The notes under the pieces were generated by a model. That model worked only from the letters and a program-made list of their open reading frames with translations, did not search any database and was not told where the DNA came from. A DNA stretch of 64,000 nt from Candidatus Niyogibacteria bacterium (GTDB taxonomy: Bacteria > Patescibacteriota > Minisyncoccia > HO2-45-28), in assembly GCA_016432485.1 (NCBI GenBank), contig CP066691.1, positions 281,762 through 345,761 on the forward strand, in the 5' to 3' direction. The position numbers and the translations under genes are program-made. Positions 43,003 to 53,021 of this stretch are shown in pieces (within the stretch, counting starts at the first letter, position 1; every line of letters begins with the position of its first letter).

Positions 43003-44415
43003 TTGGGCGATAATGGGGATGTGAAGCATAAATCCTCGATTCTACCAATAGTGGCGGTATTATTCTTTTTTGAGATAATGCTTGTCAATGCGCAAGCAGA
43101 TTTTATATTCTCAAAAACACTTCGGAAGGGAAATTCTGGAGCAGATGTCCATAAATTACAGGAAGCCCTTGCCGCAATGCCCGATATTTACCCCGAAAAG
43201 CTTGTTACGGGATACTTTGGTGTTCTAACAAGGCAAGCAGTGCGAAGATTTCAGAAAAAATACGGAATTGTTTCTTCGGGCGATGAAAGCACTACGGGAT
43301 ACGGATTGGTCGGGCCCAAAACAAGAAAAAAGCTGAATGAATTTATGGGAGGGCCGCAAGCCGGAATATCACAAGCGACAACGACTCCTTCCGGTTCCGA
43401 ACTAAAAATAAATTCCGCGTTATGTCCGGATAACATTTGGGATGAAGCAGAACAAAAAGATTTGAACCTGTGCCCGGAAGACAATCCGATAAATAATCCG
43501 AAATCCGCAGTCGCGAAAATTGCGCCGCAGGCATCTTCATCTCCGTCTGCGTCGACTACGACACCTCCGCAAATTACACAACCGCTCCCCCCGCCTGTTT
43601 CGACGACAACGCCGCCGTTTAAATGGACAAAAGATTCGGGAATTAGAATTTCTGGAGGACAAGTTCCGTATGTTTACAAACTCAAAGATGGCAGATACCG
43701 CATGTATTATTGCGGCACGAATGGCAGTATTATGTCGGCTATTTCTTCAGACGGACTTAATTTTCAGACAGAATCAGGAGCGCGCTTGTCGCCAATCTAT
43801 GGCGATTTTGAGGCCGTCATTTGCGACCCAACGCTTGTAGAACTGTCAGATGGCCGATTTCGTCTTTACTACAAAGGCGCTAATACCGGCGGTGTGCCGG
43901 CAATACATAAAGTATTTTCGGCCATTTCGTCTGACGGGTTAAATTTTGAACGGGAGGGATTGGTTATAGACTCGGAGAAAACTGACGACCAGAGTTGGGC
44001 AAGCGTACCCGAGGCGATTAAATTATCCGATGGTCGCGTTCGACTTTATTATGTATCAAGGGCTTGCGGCCGCGGCTGTATAGTTTCCGCCATATCAAGT
44101 GACGGCCTAAATTTTACAAAAGAGGAAACGAAAATTTACGATTATGTTGATCCGTCGGTAACACAACTTTCAGACGGCAGGTTTTTTCTTGTTACTGCGA
44201 ATTTTACTTCGCAGGGCGGAACCGAACTTTATAGTTTTATTTCGAGTGACGGTATTCATTTTGACAATGCGAATCCGCAATCGGTAATCGTTGAATCGGT
44301 GGCAGATCCGGCAATTGTGAGGGTGGACGACAAAACTTATAGAATTTATTACTGGAAGATACCAGACAGCTCTCCCGTCATCTATAGCATTACCGGAACA
44401 ATCGCAGGACAGTAG
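43003..44415 (+). CDS. secreted protein with a peptidoglycan-binding domain and five Asp-box (SxDGxNF) repeats, probable beta-propeller
   Basis: Signal peptide; PG_binding_1-like LRKGNSGADVHKLQEAL...LTRQAVRRFQKKYGI; repeated ISSDGLNF motifs. Confidence 0.55.
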   Translation: MGDNGDVKHKSSILPIVAVLFFFEIMLVNAQADFIFSKTLRKGNSGADVHKLQEALAAMPDIYPEKLVTGYFGVLTRQAVRRFQKKYGIVSSGDESTTGYGLVGPKTRKKLNEFMGGPQAGISQATTTPSGSELKINSALCPDNIWDEAEQKDLNLCPEDNPINNPKSAVAKIAPQASSSPSASTTTPPQITQPLPPPVSTTTPPFKWTKDSGIRISGGQVPYVYKLKDGRYRMYYCGTNGSIMSAISSDGLNFQTESGARLSPIYGDFEAVICDPTLVELSDGRFRLYYKGANTGGVPAIHKVFSAISSDGLNFEREGLVIDSEKTDDQSWASVPEAIKLSDGRVRLYYVSRACGRGCIVSAISSDGLNFTKEETKIYDYVDPSVTQLSDGRFFLVTANFTSQGGTELYSFISSDGIHFDNANPQSVIVESVADPAIVRVDDKTYRIYYWKIPDSSPVIYSITGTIAGQ

Positions 44416-44509
44416 TCAAACTAATTTTCTCTACACTCGGCAGCAACTGATTCATTTGCGCTAAGATAACAGTGGGATATTCGTATTTTTCCGCCCAGTC
44501 AAACTCCCA

Positions 44510-44538
44510 CCCCGTTAGATGCGAGCTATCTAACGGGG
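44510..44538. repeat. hairpin with an 11-bp perfect stem
   Basis: CCCCGTTAGAT-gcgagct-ATCTAACGGGG. Confidence 0.8.
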
Positions 44539-44555
44539 TGAAAAAGTCATCAAGC

Positions 44556-44616
44556 GGGGGGAGCAAAAACAAAAGCAGACGGCCATGTGTCGTCTGCTTT
44601 TGTTTTTGCTCCCCCC
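44556..44616. repeat. hairpin with a 26-bp perfect stem and 9-nt loop
   Basis: GGGGGGAGCAAAAACAAAAGCAGACG-gccatgtgt-CGTCTGCTTTTGTTTTTGCTCCCCCC. Confidence 0.85.
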
Positions 44617-44694
44617 AATCCCCTCCTGCTGAGCCGTCTTTGCTCAAAAAGTTTTGGCGGCTACATCTTTAAATAAACCCAAAAAATTGGTAAA

Positions 44695-45363
44695 ATGATA
44701 ACAACCGCTATGAAATTACTCCTTACTTCAAACGGGTTTTCAAATCAAGCAATCGCTGACACACTCTTTGAATTGGTCGGCAAGAAGCCGGAAGATACGA
44801 GTTTAGTTTTCATCCCCACCGCCTCAAATGTTGAGGCGGAACATAAAGATTGGTTTATTGACGACCTTATCAATATTAAAAAACAAAACTTCAAATCGGT
44901 CGCCATAACTGACATTTCGGCTGTGCCGGAAAATATCTGGCGCCCGCAACTGGAAGAAGCGGATGTTTTGTTTTTTGAAGGCGGCAACACTTATCACCTC
45001 ATGCGCTGGATAAATGAGTCGGGGCTTATAAAACTTTTGCCGGAAATGCTGAAGTCAAAAGTATATGTTGGCTTGAGCGCGGGAAGCATGGTAACCGGCC
45101 CCGATCTAGACCTCCGCCTTTTCAAAGCGATTTATGGTGAAGAGGCGGAAAAAGATTCGGTGGCTGGACTTGGTCTTGTAGATTTTTATTTTTTACCGCA
45201 TCTCAATAACCCTCACTTCTCCGCGCGGATTGAAGCTAATCTCAAAGAAGTGATGAAAGAAATTAAGAGAAAGACCTATGTACTTGACGATTACTCCGCG
45301 CTAAAGGTAGTTGACGGAAAAGTGGAACATGTCGGTGGCGGGAAATATCTGGAATTTAATTAA
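44695..45363 (+). CDS. peptidase S51 (dipeptidase E/cyanophycinase-like)
   Basis: GLSAGSM nucleophile motif and class-I glutamine-amidotransferase-like fold pattern. Confidence 0.7.
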   Translation: MITTAMKLLLTSNGFSNQAIADTLFELVGKKPEDTSLVFIPTASNVEAEHKDWFIDDLINIKKQNFKSVAITDISAVPENIWRPQLEEADVLFFEGGNTYHLMRWINESGLIKLLPEMLKSKVYVGLSAGSMVTGPDLDLRLFKAIYGEEAEKDSVAGLGLVDFYFLPHLNNPHFSARIEANLKEVMKEIKRKTYVLDDYSALKVVDGKVEHVGGGKYLEFN

Positions 45364-45375
45364 ATTGGAATAATT

Positions 45376-45837
45376 ATGAATACCGAAATTCTCGCAATAT
45401 TTCTAAACGAAGCGAACAAAGCGACTTATGCCAACAAAAACACCCCCAAAGTCGCGCCCACTCGCCTGAAGTCAGAGGACTACCATTTTGAAAAAGATGG
45501 CTTGATTTACCACGATACATATTTTGGTGGACGCGACTTTATCGGTGAGGAAATCGTATACGAAAACGAAAAACCAGTATGGGGCGCAAATTATTTCGGC
45601 TTTGTCCTTGATAAGAAAGTGAGCGAGAAAGATGTTTACGATTTCCTCCGAAAAGCACTGATGCAAGAATACAACGATATTATTCCGGTTCGAGGACCAG
45701 CAAAATTTTCTGATGGTGAGTGGACTTATCAATTTACAGCAAATGGTGGCTTAGAAAACTTTGCTGGTCAAGAAGAAATTTTGCTAAACGCAAAAATTGT
45801 GTATCGTTGTTTGATACACGGAGGATTCATCAGATAG
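45376..45837 (+). CDS. hypothetical protein
   Basis: 153 aa, no recognisable family. Followed by twin GC-rich hairpins at 45855-45901. Confidence 0.4.
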   Translation: MNTEILAIFLNEANKATYANKNTPKVAPTRLKSEDYHFEKDGLIYHDTYFGGRDFIGEEIVYENEKPVWGANYFGFVLDKKVSEKDVYDFLRKALMQEYNDIIPVRGPAKFSDGEWTYQFTANGGLENFAGQEEILLNAKIVYRCLIHGGFIR

Positions 45838-45955
45838 CCGCCGGATTTTTTCTTCCCCGCCGCGCTTGCGGGCGGGGCTTCCTCGCCGCCGCAGGCGGCG
45901 AAATGCGTTCGAACTATCTTAAGAATACAGAACCAAAACATGAAGTTAGAATTTT

Positions 45956-46765
45956 TTGCGAGAACGAGATAAAATAGAACCAATGAACGAGAAAGCCATG
46001 CCTGCCGGCAGGCAGGGATTCGCGCCGCTTATAATTATTGTCATCGCGACTTTAGTTATCGGCGCCGGAGTCGTCTGGTTTTTAAGATTCCGGAGTGAAG
46101 GGGGGTTATCTTCCCGAGCAGCCGTCCCTCAATTTATCCAAGCCGATTTTATTGACTTATCAAAAATATCCGCCATATCAAAATTTCGTTCGGGAAGCGG
46201 ACATGACTTTTCACGAGGATCGGGAGAAACCTGCCGCAGTATGAAGCATTATTTTAATGTTCAAAGGCCGGAATCAGCGGAAGAATTAATTAACAAAAAC
46301 AGGGGCATCCCGCCAAAACCTGACGGCAAAACAGATATCCCTATTTACAGTCCGGTTGACGGAAAGATTATCAGCATTGAATCTGACCAATTTGGTGAAC
46401 AATTTTATATTCGGCCAGATTCTCATCCCAACTTCACCGTTCGGCTATTCCATATTTATCCGCTCTCGGATATTAAAAAAGGCATTAAAGTTAAAGCCGG
46501 ACAGAAAATTGGCGTCATTGGACAATATCAAAACACCGACATCGCGATTACAAAGGGCTGGACCAATTACTTTTCCTACTTTGAGGTTATGCCCGATGAT
46601 ATTTTTGCGAAATACCAGGCCTTGGGAATTAAAAATCGCGACGAATTAATTATTTCAAAAGCAGACCGCGACGCCAATCCATTACAATGCAACGGGGAAT
46701 GGTTTACCAAGAATTATGACAGCGATCCAAATTCCGGAAACTTTGTTTATTTAACCAGACATTGA
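45956..46765 (+). CDS. membrane-anchored hypothetical protein (weak M23/LytM-like beta-barrel resemblance)
   Basis: N-terminal TM; VKAGQKIGVIGQ resembles the M23 C-terminal strand, but the HxH motif is absent. Confidence 0.35.
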   Translation: MRERDKIEPMNEKAMPAGRQGFAPLIIIVIATLVIGAGVVWFLRFRSEGGLSSRAAVPQFIQADFIDLSKISAISKFRSGSGHDFSRGSGETCRSMKHYFNVQRPESAEELINKNRGIPPKPDGKTDIPIYSPVDGKIISIESDQFGEQFYIRPDSHPNFTVRLFHIYPLSDIKKGIKVKAGQKIGVIGQYQNTDIAITKGWTNYFSYFEVMPDDIFAKYQALGIKNRDELIISKADRDANPLQCNGEWFTKNYDSDPNSGNFVYLTRH

Positions 46766-46781
46766 TAAAATAGCTTAAGCT

Positions 46782-47387
46782 ATGATGCCTATTTCTAAAT
46801 CGGGCCTCCTCGTTTCTCTGGCTTCCGGAATTTTTATTGGCGGCGCTTTGTTTGATGTGTTGCCGGAGACAATAAAAAACCTCGGAATATCCACAGCCGT
46901 CTTTTGGCTGCTTGTCGGCTATATTGGCTGGTGGATTATTAAGCTCGTTTTACAAAAATTAAAAAAGGCCTCTCTGCCGTATCTCACCGCCGCCGCGTTG
47001 TGGCTTCATTCCGTTTTGGAAGGAATGGTTACCGGACTTGCTTTTGGGGTTTCTCAATTATTCGGGTTTGTCATACTTATCGCGATGACTCTGCATATTC
47101 TTCCGGAATTTTTTTTGTCTATGATACTTATGAAAGGAGCCGGCTCAACCACAAAATGGTCGCTCGCGACCACCTTTGCCGGGTTTGGATTGCTTTACGC
47201 AAGTTTTGGAATAACTTATTGGCTGATACCTGACTTCGGGACGATACTGCCGATTGCTCTCGCGCTGTCGGGCGGGGCTTTCTTGTTTGTTGGATTGGCC
47301 AGTTTCTGGAAAAGAAAGTCGCTTGCGAACTTTGTATCGCTTCTTGTTGGTATCGGTGTTATCTTTCTGCAAAGCGTAGCAGATTGA
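46782..47387 (+). CDS. ZIP-family metal transporter-like membrane protein
   Basis: Six to seven TM helices; HSVLEGMVTGLAFG and HILPEFF motifs resemble the ZIP/ZupT metal-binding motifs. Confidence 0.5.
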   Translation: MMPISKSGLLVSLASGIFIGGALFDVLPETIKNLGISTAVFWLLVGYIGWWIIKLVLQKLKKASLPYLTAAALWLHSVLEGMVTGLAFGVSQLFGFVILIAMTLHILPEFFLSMILMKGAGSTTKWSLATTFAGFGLLYASFGITYWLIPDFGTILPIALALSGGAFLFVGLASFWKRKSLANFVSLLVGIGVIFLQSVAD

Positions 47388-47448
47388 ATTTTTCGCTTTG
47401 GGGATAACCGAATTTACGTTCTTTCTCGGGAAAATGATAAAATAAAAT

Positions 47449-49665
47449 ATGCAAAATAAAAAATGGTTGGCCGCGAGAGCGGCGGTGTTTTATTTGACCT
47501 TAGCCCTGATTCTTCCGGCCGGAGCGTGGGCCGCCGAGGAAACGGCCGAAGAAGTGCCCGAAACCGTTCAGGCGGCAATTGAAGAAGCGGCGGAGAAATC
47601 TTTAGAAGAGGAGCGGAAACCCGAGGAAGTAAAACTGGATACGGAAATCAAAGCGGAAGATCTGGGGGTAGAAAAGGCTAGGGTTTTGCCGGGCAGTTTT
47701 TTCTACGGGTTCAAGAATTTTTTCCGCGGGACGCAGGAGGTCTTGACTCTGAACTCGGTGAAAAAAGCCGAACTTCGGCTGCAACACGCCAATGAAAAAA
47801 TTATTGAAATCCAGCAGCTCGCGGAGGAACAAGGGGCTGAAAAAGCGTCGGAAATTTCGGCAGGAGTCATCAGGGGAATTAACCGGAACTTTGAAAGAAT
47901 CGCGAATCAGGGTGATAAATTAAAAAAGGCCAAAGCCAAAGACGGCCAAAGAGTGGAAAAACTCCTTGATAAAATCGCCGACAATTCATTAAAACAGCAG
48001 ATTGTCCTGCAAAACTTGCAAGGACAGGTTCCGGAAAAGGCCTTTGCCCAAATTGAGGAAGCCAGGCAACGGAATTTAGAAATGTTTGGCCAAGTGATGA
48101 CCAAAGTGGCCGAAAATCCTCAAGAGCTGGCCCAACGTTTGCCGCGAATCATTGAAAACAGGGAGGGCAGCGATTTTAAGGAGTTAAAGGCCGTGGAGAT
48201 TTTAAGAGAATTGGAAGACAAGGCGCCGGAAGAGACTAAGGAGGCCTTAAGATTAGCCCAAAACGCGCTCGCCCAGAGATTTGAGCAAAGATTCGCCGCC
48301 CTGCCCGAAAAAACCAGAACGGAAAAACTCAATAATTATGTTGAGTTCTTGCCGGGCAACGCCGTCCGACAGTTTGAAACCCTTGAGACAATGAAACAGA
48401 ATTTCCAGTCGCCGAAAACAATGCAAGAAATGGAAATCGCCAAAGACGGAGCCCTCCGCAAATTTGAAAATCAGTTCTCGCGGTTTGATGGCGATGAGGC
48501 CCGCCAGGCGTTTATGCAGCCCTGGAGGGAAGGCAGTCCCGAGGCCTTAAGAACGATGACGGAAATGGAAATGAGAATGGAACCCCCAAAGGATGACCCT
48601 AGCGCTCCGCCCGTGCCAGTTTTCCAGAATTTCCAGCAGTTTCACCAGGAAGCCCAAAACAATTTCCGGGAACGTTTTGACGACAATCCAGAGGCCCTGC
48701 GACAAAATCCGGTTTTTCAAAGAATGGCGGAAAATCCAGATATTGTTGATTTGAAATTAACGCAGGACTTGAGTCGGGCTTTCCAGCCCGGCCAAGAGGC
48801 GCCCGGGCCTATCGAGCCAGAGGGAGCCGCGCCGCCGCCTCAACCAAGAACATTTGATTTTATGAAAGAGGTCCGGAATCAAGCGACGGAAAAATTCATT
48901 GAAAACACGGAAAATAATGACCAAACCAACAGATTTATCTTTGGACCTCCTGTTCCCGGCGGTTTGAAAGTTCTGGAAGAAATCAGAGGACGGGCTCCTT
49001 TTCAGGCGCAAGCAGGATTAAACCGAGCCATTGAAGCCCAAACCCAAACAGTGGAAAGACACGCGGAGCGCGTTGAAATGATTGAACAAAAAGAAAGGGA
49101 GAGAAAGTTCCAAAAGATAGAGGAGATAAACCGTCAGATATTTATGCCGCCATCCGAGTCCCCCGGAGGCGAAGGCCAGGTAACAGGACAGCCACAACCG
49201 ACAGGACAACCAAGAGAAGAAATTATGAAAATATTCAGGCCAGAAATGCGTCAGGAAATAGAGGGATTCAGAAAGAGAATACCGGAGGGACAGCAGCCAA
49301 TTTTCAGACCCGAAAAAAGCAGTCAAGAACAAGGGGGTGTCCCCGGCGGACCACCGCCAAGACCAAATGTTCCTTTGACGCCGGAAAGAGCCAAAATGTT
49401 TGAAGGAAGACAGCCGACGCCTCAACCAATCGGCGAACCGCAATTCCGGGAACAGCCCGGCAATATGAAGCCAATTTTGCCCGCGCCAACGCCAACGCCA
49501 GCTCCGATTCAGGAAAGGGCTTTGCCTCTGCCGGTCGGTCCGGCTCCAGTGCCGGCCCCCGCCCCCACTCCAACGTCTGCTCCAACGCCAACCATAATGC
49601 CAGCTCCAACGCCCGCACCAGCTCCAGCGCCCGTTTCAGAACCAGGCCTTAATAATTCTTTCTAA
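47449..49665 (+). CDS. large secreted low-complexity protein (Glu/Gln/Pro-rich; DUF5667-like N-terminus)
   Basis: Signal peptide; VLPGSFFYGFKNFFRG N-terminal motif; long coiled-coil/PQ-rich and PAPT-rich C-terminus. Confidence 0.55.
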   Translation: MQNKKWLAARAAVFYLTLALILPAGAWAAEETAEEVPETVQAAIEEAAEKSLEEERKPEEVKLDTEIKAEDLGVEKARVLPGSFFYGFKNFFRGTQEVLTLNSVKKAELRLQHANEKIIEIQQLAEEQGAEKASEISAGVIRGINRNFERIANQGDKLKKAKAKDGQRVEKLLDKIADNSLKQQIVLQNLQGQVPEKAFAQIEEARQRNLEMFGQVMTKVAENPQELAQRLPRIIENREGSDFKELKAVEILRELEDKAPEETKEALRLAQNALAQRFEQRFAALPEKTRTEKLNNYVEFLPGNAVRQFETLETMKQNFQSPKTMQEMEIAKDGALRKFENQFSRFDGDEARQAFMQPWREGSPEALRTMTEMEMRMEPPKDDPSAPPVPVFQNFQQFHQEAQNNFRERFDDNPEALRQNPVFQRMAENPDIVDLKLTQDLSRAFQPGQEAPGPIEPEGAAPPPQPRTFDFMKEVRNQATEKFIENTENNDQTNRFIFGPPVPGGLKVLEEIRGRAPFQAQAGLNRAIEAQTQTVERHAERVEMIEQKERERKFQKIEEINRQIFMPPSESPGGEGQVTGQPQPTGQPREEIMKIFRPEMRQEIEGFRKRIPEGQQPIFRPEKSSQEQGGVPGGPPPRPNVPLTPERAKMFEGRQPTPQPIGEPQFREQPGNMKPILPAPTPTPAPIQERALPLPVGPAPVPAPAPTPTSAPTPTIMPAPTPAPAPAPVSEPGLNNSF

Positions 49666-49695
49666 ATTTTTAATGAGTGTTAAAATGTAAATACT

Positions 49696-49887
49696 ATGAA
49701 TATAAAAACTTTTTATTCAACAGTCGGAATTATCTTTGCGCTTATTTTTATTTTACACTCGGCTAGAATTATCTTTGGCTGGAGCGCCGTTATCGGCGGA
49801 TTAGAAATTCCCATGTGGGTAAGCTGGATTGCCGTTTTTGTGGCAGGATTCCTTATCTATCAAGGAAATAAATTCAGAAAACAATAG
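49696..49887 (+). CDS. small two-TM membrane protein
   Basis: Hydrophobic, 63 aa. Confidence 0.4.
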   Translation: MNIKTFYSTVGIIFALIFILHSARIIFGWSAVIGGLEIPMWVSWIAVFVAGFLIYQGNKFRKQ

Positions 49888-49893
49888 ACAGAA

Positions 49894-50610
49894 GTGTCAA
49901 AAAGCGTAGTCAGAGTTTATCTTTTGCTTTTTATCGCCGCTATCGCGGTCTGGCTCTATAATTCCAATCTTGATTTTTATTACGGCCGGGGCGGAAACTT
50001 TCCTTCCTTTTTGGAGAACTGGCCGGTCTCTTCCCGCCTTTTACTGCTCAATTTAACATCAAACATTTTTTATGCGTTTATCGCGCTGGGACTTCTCATT
50101 GAGTTTTTTAATCCAAAAATAGAAATCAAGCGGCAAAGAAACAAGTTTTTGGCGGGGCTTGGCATTTTGCTAGTGGCCAACGCTTTGATGGTTGGCTGGA
50201 ATAACACCCTTTTTTCCGGGAATCTTTATTATCTAATTGATACGGTAATTTACGGATTGGGATTCGGGCTTATGTTTTTATTTATGTCGCCGCAAAAAAC
50301 ATTGGGCTTGAGCGTCGTTTTGTGGGCCCGCCTTATTGAGGTGGGCGGATTTTTTATCGGTTATTTTTTCATGCCCGCCGTCTTGAGCATGTGGCCGGAG
50401 GGCTACACTCTCGGTCATTTTGCGCGCGGACCGGCTTTTATGTTTACCAACTACTTTTTTTGGACGGATTACATTACGGCCGTCGGAAGTTTAATTGGGG
50501 TCATAATTTTGTTAAAAAAATTTAATTTTTCAAAATTTTGGATGTCCTCTTTTTTTATCGGCGCGATTATTGTGGGATACAACATCGCCCGCGCGCTCAT
50601 TAAAGCGTAG
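49894..50610 (+). CDS. polytopic membrane protein, hypothetical
   Basis: Six or more predicted TM helices. Confidence 0.45.
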   Translation: MSKSVVRVYLLLFIAAIAVWLYNSNLDFYYGRGGNFPSFLENWPVSSRLLLLNLTSNIFYAFIALGLLIEFFNPKIEIKRQRNKFLAGLGILLVANALMVGWNNTLFSGNLYYLIDTVIYGLGFGLMFLFMSPQKTLGLSVVLWARLIEVGGFFIGYFFMPAVLSMWPEGYTLGHFARGPAFMFTNYFFWTDYITAVGSLIGVIILLKKFNFSKFWMSSFFIGAIIVGYNIARALIKA

Positions 50611-50707
50611 AGGTTCAAAATAATCCGCCGTCGGGCGAGAGGTATTTTTTTTCGCCCATAAATATGGAAGTAAGAAACACCCCGCAGTCGCGGGGCAAGT
50701 AGCAAAT

Positions 50708-52498
50708 ATGGAAATACGCAATATCGCTATTATCGCTCATGTAGACCACGGCAAAACCACTTTGACCGATGCTTTGATGCGTCAGTCCGGGGTTGCCGAA
50801 GAAGGGGTCTCAATGGATTCAAACGCCCTTGAACTTGAGCGCGGAATTACGATTTATTCAAAAAACGCGGCGATTTTTTACAAAGATACAAAAATAAATA
50901 TCGTAGACACTCCCGGGCACGCCGATTTCGGCTCCGAGGTTGAACGGGTTTTACACTCAATTGATTCGGTCCTTTTGGTGGTTGACGCGCAAGAGGGGCC
51001 GATGCCCCAGACCCGTTTTGTTCTAAAAAAGTCGCTTGAGCTGGGATTGAAACCGATTGTGGTTATAAATAAAATTGATAAGCCCGCGGCCGACCCGAAA
51101 CGCACCGAAGAACAAACGCTTGAGCTTTTTTTGGAGCTTGGCGCGAACGACGAACAAGCCGATTTTCCGGTGATTTATGCCATAGGCCGCGAAGGTATAG
51201 CCAAATTAAAACTTGAAGACGAATCCAAGGATTTGACTCCCCTGCTTGACGCCATTCTCAAACATATTCCGCCGACATCAAGTTCCACGATTGACCTGCC
51301 GCTTAGATTGCAGCCATTTAATCTTGCCTATGATAATTTTTTGGGGCGGCTTGCGGTATCGCGGGTTTACGAGGGCTCGGTAAGCGCGGGCCAAAATGTG
51401 TTTGTCAAAAAACCCGAGAGCGAGGCCCGCGCGGGAAAAATAACGCGTATATTCACTTTCCGAGGATTGAAACGGATTGAAACCGAACGCGCTGAAGCCG
51501 GAGACATCGTGATGATAGCCGGAATTCCGGATATTGATATCGGCGAAACCGTGGCTTCAAACTCCGATACTCCTCCCCTACCCGCAATCGCGGTGGATGA
51601 GCCGACGATTGTTTTGAATTTTTTGATTAATAATTCGCCTTTTGCCGGACGCGAAGGAAAATTCGTAACCTCGCGCCAGCTTCGCGAACGGCTCAAACGA
51701 GAACTGGAAGTGAATGTCGGCCTGCGCGTTGATTTTAATTCGTCAGAAAATTTTACGGTGTCCGGCCGGGGCGAACTGCACATCGCGATTCTGCTTGAAA
51801 ATATGCGCCGAGAGGGCTATGAAGTGCAGGTGTCCCAGCCGCAAGTCATATTCCATCAGGAAGAAAACGGCGAGCGAAGCGAGCCGTTTGAAGAAGTGAT
51901 TATTGACACTCCATCACAGCATCAGGGCACTATTATTGAACGCCTTGGCAAACGCAGATTCGTGATGAAAGACATAAAAACGCGCGGCAATTCGGTTCGC
52001 ATAATCTTTGAAGGGCCGACGCGCGGAATTTTGGGGTACCGCAGTCAATTCGTGATTGACACCAAAGGCGAAGGAATTATTTCTTCAAGAGTTATCGGAT
52101 TCAAACCTTACGCCGGCGAAATTAAAAAGCGCTCTACGGGCTCAATGATCTCTATGGCTGACGGAAAAGCATTGGGATATTCGCTTTGGAACCTGCAAGA
52201 CCGAGGCGTGCTTTATATCGGCCCGAGCGCCGAAGTTTATGAAGGCATGGTTATCGGCAATACATCCAAAGGCGAAGAGATGAGCGTGAATCCGACCAAA
52301 GGAAAACAGCTTACCAACGTGCGCGCGTCGGGATCGGATGAAGCCATCGCGCTTACTCCTCCTTATGAACTTACGATTGAGCGCGGACTTGAAGTGATAG
52401 CCGTAGACGAATATCTGGAAATAACACCCAAAAGCGTCCGCCTGCGAAAACAGCATCTCACCAAAATTGACCGCTCCAGAGCGCGAAATAAAATATAG
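50708..52498 (+). CDS. typA: translational GTPase TypA/BipA
   Basis: G1 AHVDHGKTT, G3 DTPGHADF, G4 NKID; about 600 aa with an EF-G-like domain order. Confidence 0.9.
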   Translation: MEIRNIAIIAHVDHGKTTLTDALMRQSGVAEEGVSMDSNALELERGITIYSKNAAIFYKDTKINIVDTPGHADFGSEVERVLHSIDSVLLVVDAQEGPMPQTRFVLKKSLELGLKPIVVINKIDKPAADPKRTEEQTLELFLELGANDEQADFPVIYAIGREGIAKLKLEDESKDLTPLLDAILKHIPPTSSSTIDLPLRLQPFNLAYDNFLGRLAVSRVYEGSVSAGQNVFVKKPESEARAGKITRIFTFRGLKRIETERAEAGDIVMIAGIPDIDIGETVASNSDTPPLPAIAVDEPTIVLNFLINNSPFAGREGKFVTSRQLRERLKRELEVNVGLRVDFNSSENFTVSGRGELHIAILLENMRREGYEVQVSQPQVIFHQEENGERSEPFEEVIIDTPSQHQGTIIERLGKRRFVMKDIKTRGNSVRIIFEGPTRGILGYRSQFVIDTKGEGIISSRVIGFKPYAGEIKKRSTGSMISMADGKALGYSLWNLQDRGVLYIGPSAEVYEGMVIGNTSKGEEMSVNPTKGKQLTNVRASGSDEAIALTPPYELTIERGLEVIAVDEYLEITPKSVRLRKQHLTKIDRSRARNKI

Positions 52499-52537
52499 CC
52501 AAAAGGATATAGAATAACCGCGACGGGAACAAAAACA

Positions 52538-52568
52538 AAAAGGGCGAATAGCCCTTTCTTTTTTTATC
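52538..52568. terminator. bidirectional intrinsic terminator between convergent genes
   Basis: AAGGGC-gaata-GCCCTT with T-runs on both sides. Confidence 0.65.
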
Positions 52569-52932
52569 TGGTTAAAAATTCATTGAGCGCTTTTTCGTTT
52601 TCGGCGAAGTCCATATAACGGCGTTCTTTTCCTTCTTCAGAAAAACCTTGCTTAATCGCCAGACGATTGCACAAATCCTGCAATACAGAAAAAATGATTG
52701 AACGCAGAACTTTTGAGCCAATCCAGTATTGGCCGTTCATGCGGAGGGCGCCCATTATTTTCAAACTGTCGGGAGAATTCATAGCATTGGAAAAATCAAC
52801 AAATCCGCGCTCTTCTTGATACAGTTTAAAAAATTTTCTCAACAGCTCTCTATGTTTCTTGCCAAGTTTTCTAAGATTTAATCTTTCGCCTTCTAAGGTT
52901 ATGTAGTAAAACCCGGCCTGTCCTCTGCTCAT
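52564..52932 (-). CDS. hypothetical protein
   Basis: 122 aa, no recognisable family. Confidence 0.4.
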   Translation of the reverse strand: MSRGQAGFYYITLEGERLNLRKLGKKHRELLRKFFKLYQEERGFVDFSNAMNSPDSLKIMGALRMNGQYWIGSKVLRSIIFSVLQDLCNRLAIKQGFSEEGKERRYMDFAENEKALNEFLTR

Positions 52933-53021
52933 TTATCCCCTCCTCAAATTGCTAAAGCCAAAACAACACTATCATTGACAACCATAAAAATCAAATCTCA
53001 AGAGGTTTATCAAATTATTAT

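Noticed and set aside
45720-45983. Overlapping plus and minus ORFs (85 and 71 aa)
   Set aside because: Both are generated by the GC-rich twin-hairpin element. Ala/Gly/Arg-rich translations on both strands are typical of GC artefacts.
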